Shown here in pieces: positions 58,169 to 64,000 of a DNA stretch of 64,000 nucleotides (positions are counted from its first letter, which is position 1; each line of letters begins with the position of its first letter). The notes beneath the pieces were generated by a model, which did no database searches, was not told where the DNA came from, and worked only from the letters and a program-made list of their open reading frames with translations. Source of the DNA: Octopus vulgaris (Eukaryota); the NCBI GenBank assembly GCA_951406725.2, contig OX597819.1, positions 70,618,001-70,682,000 on the forward strand, in the 5' to 3' direction. The position numbers and the translations under genes were made by a program.

Positions 58169-58553
58169 ACACACACATGTATATATGTGTGTGTGTATAC
58201 ATTTTTGTGTGTATATGAGTGTGTACATTGTAAACTAAAATCTAGTATGGTTAATGCATTACGTATTATAAAAAGCATAACGTCCACAGTGTGTGTCTAT
58301 ATACGCGTAATTGTATTTGCGATGTGCAACGAAGAAAGAGAATTGTGTTTGCGTGTGGTCGTTCGTGAATGTTTTCAGGTATGTCTGCATTGAAATGTGC
58401 ATGTACGTAAGAGAGAGAGAGAGAGAGTGTGTGTGTGTGTGTGTTTGTGTGTTTGTGTGCGTGCGTGCGTACGTCTGTGTATGTGTATGTATGTATGTAT
58501 GTATGTATGTATGCACGTATGTATGCGTGTGTGTATCAACATATATATTTATA

Positions 58554-58597
<44 letters not shown>

Positions 58598-58879
58598 CAC
58601 AGACATATATGCATATGTATGTGTGTGCGTGAGCGTGTACTGTGTGTGTGCACGCATGAGCTTGTACTTCTGTATGTGTGTAAGCGTTTCATTGCTACTG
58701 CTCGTACGACCTTTAGCTGTGTTGCCGTTTGGGTGTGAAAAAAATGTAAACCCAAATACCAGATTGACAAGAATTTGCATTGAACGAGGGAAGAACTGGC
58801 TCAACAGGATTGCGAAATAAATAAATACATAAAATAGAATATAAAAAGTGAATTATAACAACAATTATACAACTACAGT

Positions 58880-59200
58880 GGGGGCGCAATGGCCCAGTGG
58901 TTAGAGCAGTGGACTCGCGGTCGGAGGATCGCAGTTTCGATTCCCAGACCGGGCGTTGCGTGTGTTTATTAAGCGAAAACACCCAAAAGCTCCACGAGGC
59001 TCCGGCAGGGGGTGGTAGCGACCCCAGTTGTACTCTTTCGCCCCAACTTTCTCTGACTCTTTCTTTCTGTTTCTTGAATAACCCTGCGATGGACTGACGT
59101 CCCGTCCAGCTGGGATGGGGTGGGGGACACCTGTGCCATAGAAACCGAGAAACCGGGTCCATGAGCCTGGTTAGGCTTGAAAAGGGCGCATAAATAAATA
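58880..59200 (+). mobile_element. tRNA-derived SINE, family D1
   Basis: A box tggcccagtgg, B box agtttcgattccc, A-rich tail. Confidence 0.8.
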
Positions 59201-59543
59201 AAATACAACAAAGCAAGGACAACAATGATGAACTAGAAATATAAAAAAAAAACTTTAAAAATGTTTAATTTCTAATTGTACTTTTGATGGCAGTTTTTGT
59301 TTTTTGATTTTGTCTTTTGCGTGATCCAGCCATTGGACAGTAGCCATGCTGTGGCACTACTTTGACAGGCTTGGTCAAACAAGTCGCTCTCCCCACCCCA
59401 TCCCAGTACTTATACTTTTTTTTCATAAAGTTTGGAACTTATAAATATCGATCTCTTTTGTCGAACCGGCAAGATTGGTTGCGAAGGTGTTTTGGGACAA
59501 GCGCAAATATAACGAAACACATACGCAAGCACACAAACACAAA

Positions 59544-59596
<53 letters not shown>

Positions 59597-59684
59597 TCCG
59601 AGTCAGTGGGTATAAATTGAAGGAAGCGGAAAACAAAGCCAATGCCGGACACGCTCATCAGGTCATTTAATTTATTTTAATTGG

Positions 59685-60062
59685 ATGGAAGCACTCCGTC
59701 GGTTACGACGACGAGGGTTCCGGTTGATCCGAATCAACGGAACAGCCTGCTCGTGAAATTAACGTGTAAGTGGCTGAGCACTCCACAGACACGTGTACCC
59801 TTAACGTAGTTCTCAGGGATATTCAGCGTGACATAGAGAGTGACAAGGCCGGCCCTTTGAAATACAGGTACAACAGAAACAGGAAGTAAGAAAGTTGTGG
59901 TGAAAGAGTACAGCAGGGATCACCACCATCCCCTGCTGGAGCCTCGTGGAGCTTTAGGTGTTTTCGCTCAATAAACACTCACAACGCCCGGTCTGGGAAT
60001 CGAAACCGCGATCCTATGACCGCGAGTCCGCTGCCCTAACCACTGGGCCATTGCGCCTCCAC
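59685..60062 (-). mobile_element. tRNA-derived SINE, family D2 (same head as D1, different tail)
   Basis: Head is the reverse complement of 58880-59050; tail is shared with 23305-23495. Confidence 0.8.
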
Positions 60063-60069
60063 TTATTTT

Positions 60070-60160
60070 AATTATTCTAATGGTGAATCGAAGTAAGAAA
60101 AAGTGAATAAATATTTACTTTTACTTACTTCGATTCACCATTACAATAGTTAGAATAATT
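60070..60160. repeat. Inverted repeat
   Basis: taatggtgaatcgaagtaag / cttacttcgattcaccatta plus outer aattattctaa / ttagaataatt. Confidence 0.8.
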
Positions 60161-60199
60161 GAACTAAGCGTGCCCTGCCTTGGCTTTGTTTTTTCTTCC

Positions 60200-60269
<70 letters not shown>

Positions 60270-61164
60270 TAACCCCTCGCCATATCGCGGTTCACCTGTC
60301 GCAGTTTATTCAAGCTTACGTCGATTCCTCTGTGGTGTTGTTTTGCATTTACAATAAAAATAATACATATATACATATATGCTCTCTTCGTTGACTCAAA
60401 AGAAAATATTCGATCCCATAGATAAAAAAAACACTCGTTTCAATACATTTGTCCGTCTCGGCTACCTTTGAACCCAATCTTCCGTAACCAGCTGCTGTTT
60501 GTTCACCAGCCAGAGGAAATATTGTAGTTTCAACATTGTCTGAAGAAATCAACAGTCATTGAGAGGGACGTTTGTCACAAAAACGGTAATACGACACAGA
60601 TTTTCGTTAAACGGTGTTGGACATTTAATACTTCCTTTGCGTTATTTTTTCTTTACATTCTCTCTATGTCAGAATTAAATGTCGATTCTATCTATTTGAG
60701 GTTCTTGTACTGAACACATGTGTATATAGATACATACACAAACACAGACACACACACAGACACACAGACACACACACGCACACACATACATACATGCATA
60801 CATACATACATACATACATGCATGCATACATACATACATACATACATACATACATACATACATACATACATACATACATGCACGCACACACGCACACACA
60901 TATAGTTGAAATTTACTGGAAACAAACGACGAAGACAAGTTAAGAGGAACAACAAGTAGGTGTATTAGTTTAACGCTTGGGAAGAATGGCTAGGTCTTTG
61001 ACGTTTCGAGCCTACGCTCTTGGACAGAAAGGATTGAGAAGAAAAAAAATGGAGAGCAAACGGGAAAAAGAAAGAGAAGAGGGTTAGAGAGAAAAACGTA
61101 TAGGGATTAGCGGTTCAACATAATGAAAGGACCAGATTATATATTTATCACCCGACGAGATACT

Positions 61165-61660
61165 TTGAAGAGTTGTGAGCCCTTGAATCCCAAACTGTTG
61201 CAGTATCTGGTCCTGTATTTTGATGGCGATGCTGGGGTCTTTGGCACTATGCGGTGCAGATGTATCTCATCGATATATATAATTACATAATATATTCTTT
61301 AATTCTTTTAGCCGTTTCAGTTTCAAACCTACGGCCATGCTGGAGCACCACCGTTGACTAAGCCACACCATTATTTGAAACCTCCTACGATATGTGGCAT
61401 TTGGTCAATGAGGGAGTTTGATGCCACTTTCCTCATCTGTGTTTCCTGTCGTGAGTTAGGCTCATCGGGAACCATTGGCAGGAAACGATCCAGTTTTGTT
61501 TTAAAGACACTTGCATCCACACCAGGTCCCGCAAGCATTTTGGAAACATACTGGAGAGTTGTGGGCCCTTGAAGTCCAAATTGTTGCAGTATCTGGTCCT
61601 GTATTTTGATGGCGATGCCGGGATCTTTGGCACTATGCTGTGGCGCCCCGTTCTGCATTT
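61165..61660 (-). mobile_element. CR1/L2-type LINE 3' remnants (partly duplicated)
   Basis: PASPSKYRTRYCN...FKGPQL...LRDL / VFKTKLDRFLPMVPDEP; 61170-61258 is repeated at ~61558-61645. Confidence 0.7.
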
Positions 61661-61711
61661 TGAGTAACTTTCAATGCTAAAGGTTAGTATAAATACACAG
61701 ACACAGACACA

Positions 61712-61802
<91 letters not shown>

Positions 61803-62713
61803 ACATCAACATACACGCGTAGACAGACGCTGGTGTGGCTGTCTTTACTACCTGGTACCTTGAATAAGAGTTTTCTACTATGGCCCCGGGCCGATCAAAG
61901 ACGAGTGACTGTTTACCTCCCACCACCACAGGTATCTCTTATTATAAAAGGCAGATTTTATCTGCCTCCCTTTGGGAGTTATACAAATCTACAATATAGG
62001 ATTTCTTCAATTACAATTTACCTAGCAGTTTTAAGAGTACAATGCATCGCGTCATGCCAGGTCCAGTTTTTAAAATTTAAACTCCAATTAAGCAAAATTT
62101 ACAGAAAACTCACATTCTGGTGTGTGTGTCAAATGCTTTTCTTAGTCTGGTTTACACCACACGCAAACGCACACACACAGTGGGCAACGAATAAAATGAA
62201 AGTAAATGTAATATTTGTTTCTGTCTATCACGCTGATAGATACATGAGTAAAATGTATGGGAAGCTAACAGATAACAGTGAGTGAAAATGTTCTTGGAAG
62301 AGAGTAAATTAGCGACAGTGATTTGAGGAAGACTAAACTGAAACTATGAAACAGTGTTTATGTATAAACAGACGACACTTATATAAACCCTTTCGTTACC
62401 AAACCGCCCGAATTTACCTATTCATATTTAAATGAGAATATCAGAGTAAATCTCTTTAGTACATTCGTGAACACACGTATTATACTTCGTAAACACTTCA
62501 AATACAGTTTTGTACAAAAATCGAAGTGTAATTTTAATTCCGTGAATTATGGGAGATTTTTTTCCGAAATTTGTTCCTATTGTGTTTTCAAAATTTGTAA
62601 TTCTGACAAAAAATGGATACGAATTTCATTATATCAAGCAGCGAGTCAGAATTCGAAGGATTTTCTACTGAAGACCTTCATAAATCTAACTCTATGACTG
62701 AAAAAAAAAAGCA

Positions 62714-63105
62714 TCTTTATATAAGAGTGAAGTTGTGTGTCTGTCCCCTTCGATTTACATTCGTAATTACTCCCACATTTTGCGGTGCAGTTTAACCAAA
62801 AGCGGGTATCTTATAGTCGTGATTCATATCGAGCCCTTCTGGGTATTAGCGCGCGTCTACGATGAGTCTACGATTTTAAAAAAATTTACCATCATATTTT
62901 TCCATTTTAATGCATTTTTTCGCTTTTATATAAGGGAAGTAACTCTCTAAAAATATCTACGATGTGTCAACGATTTAAAAAAATTTACCTTAATTTTTTT
63001 TCAATTTTTAATGCATTTTTTTGCTATTTTTTGGCTATAACTCTCTAAAAATGCTTATATAGTTATTTCCCTTACAACCCGAGCAACGCCGGGCGATACT
63101 GCTAG
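62714..63105 (+). mobile_element. Non-autonomous Helitron
   Basis: A|TCTTTATATAA start, internal tandem repeats, hairpin cccgagcaacgccggg, then CTAG|T. Confidence 0.85.
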
Positions 63106-63622
63106 TTTATAATACGTGCCAAGCTTAGAATAACAATATAAATACTGCGGTCGATTTGTTCCACTAAATCCTTCAAGGCGGTGCTCCAGCATGACCACAG
63201 TCTAATGACTGAAGCAAGTAAAAGATAAAAGAACACACACGCACACACACACACACACACACGCATACACACACGCCCATGTCAATGATGGTGACCAGGT
63301 GTCCTCTGCTAATTATTCTGGCCTTTTGCATTCCGAGTTTAAATCCTGCCACGAACTGTTAATTGGGATTGATTTAACACCTCCCTATGCCTCCATGGGT
63401 GCCTTTAATGGAACCCACTGTGTTGCAAGCATTCGGGACTGGCATCGGGTGTGAGAATACCTCCTCTATCTCCTCTCCGTCATTCCCAGCAATTTCAGAG
63501 GCGCACTGCTTTCCTTCCTCACTAAGAGGTAAATAAAAACAATAGCATTAAAACAAAACAAAACTATTCATAAAATAGATTCTAGTAGATATTTACATAT
63601 ACCTGGATATATATACATATAT

Positions 63623-63736
63623 CTTTAACGTTTCGAGCCTACGCTCTTCCACATAAACAAACACAGAAAGAAACAAGGAGAGAAAATAAAGAATGTGCAG
63701 TGGCTATATACATACATACATACATACATACATACA

Positions 63737-63829
<93 letters not shown>

Positions 63830-64000
63830 GTATATACACAGCGCCATGATAGATCGCTTATCACTACACATTCTTTATTTTCTCTCCTTGTTTCTTTTTG
63901 TGTTCCTTTATGTGGAAGAGCGTAGGCTCGAAACGTTAAAGACTTTTTCACTTCCCGGGCGTTATACTAATACATCTGTTTGTTGTCTACACCACCTGTC
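63623..64000. mobile_element. Inverted pair of PLE-like terminal repeats around a microsatellite
   Basis: 63623-63702 is the reverse complement of ~63862-63941; both carry GAAGAGCGTAGGCTCGAAACGTTAAAG. Confidence 0.75.

Noticed and set aside
58880-58955. tRNA genes here and at ~23177, ~40720-40795 and ~59990-60062
   Set aside because: A and B boxes are present but there is no complete cloverleaf, and each continues into a multicopy SINE body.

Overview
Eukaryotic, AT-rich, microsatellite-saturated animal DNA. The SINE repertoire, the (TA)n/(CA)n/(CTAT)n/(TAA)n density and a mollusc-type 5S sequence point to an octopus or other coleoid cephalopod; this is inference, not checked by search. Two convergent protein-coding genes can be supported. 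The first is a divergent alpha-tubulin on + (exons 10028-10250 and 13777-14903; the ATG-only first exon is not securely placed). The second is a two-coding-exon CCDC32/C15orf57-like gene on - (30612-30459 joined to 24876-24563, 155 aa). Nearly everything else is repeat: several tRNA-derived SINE families, RTE, R4/Dong-like and CR1-like LINE remnants, Tc1/mariner relics, non-autonomous Helitrons, MITEs and Penelope-like (PLE) terminal-repeat fragments. There is one 100-N gap. The most interesting unexplained signals are: (i) about a dozen minimal hammerhead-ribozyme-like motifs, several in fold-back arrangements and one with a U3-A8 compensatory core; (ii) a tRNA-headed element carrying such a hammerhead tail, a candidate PLE-mobilised SINE; (iii) a 5S rRNA head fused to a SINE/LINE tail, a candidate SINE3; (iv) a solo-LTR-like segment with TATA/Inr and ATG|GT that could supply tubulin exon 1; (v) a fixed-end non-coding element that sits only in (TAA)n. 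Repeat coordinates were read by eye and are approximate, and family names are unverified by database search.
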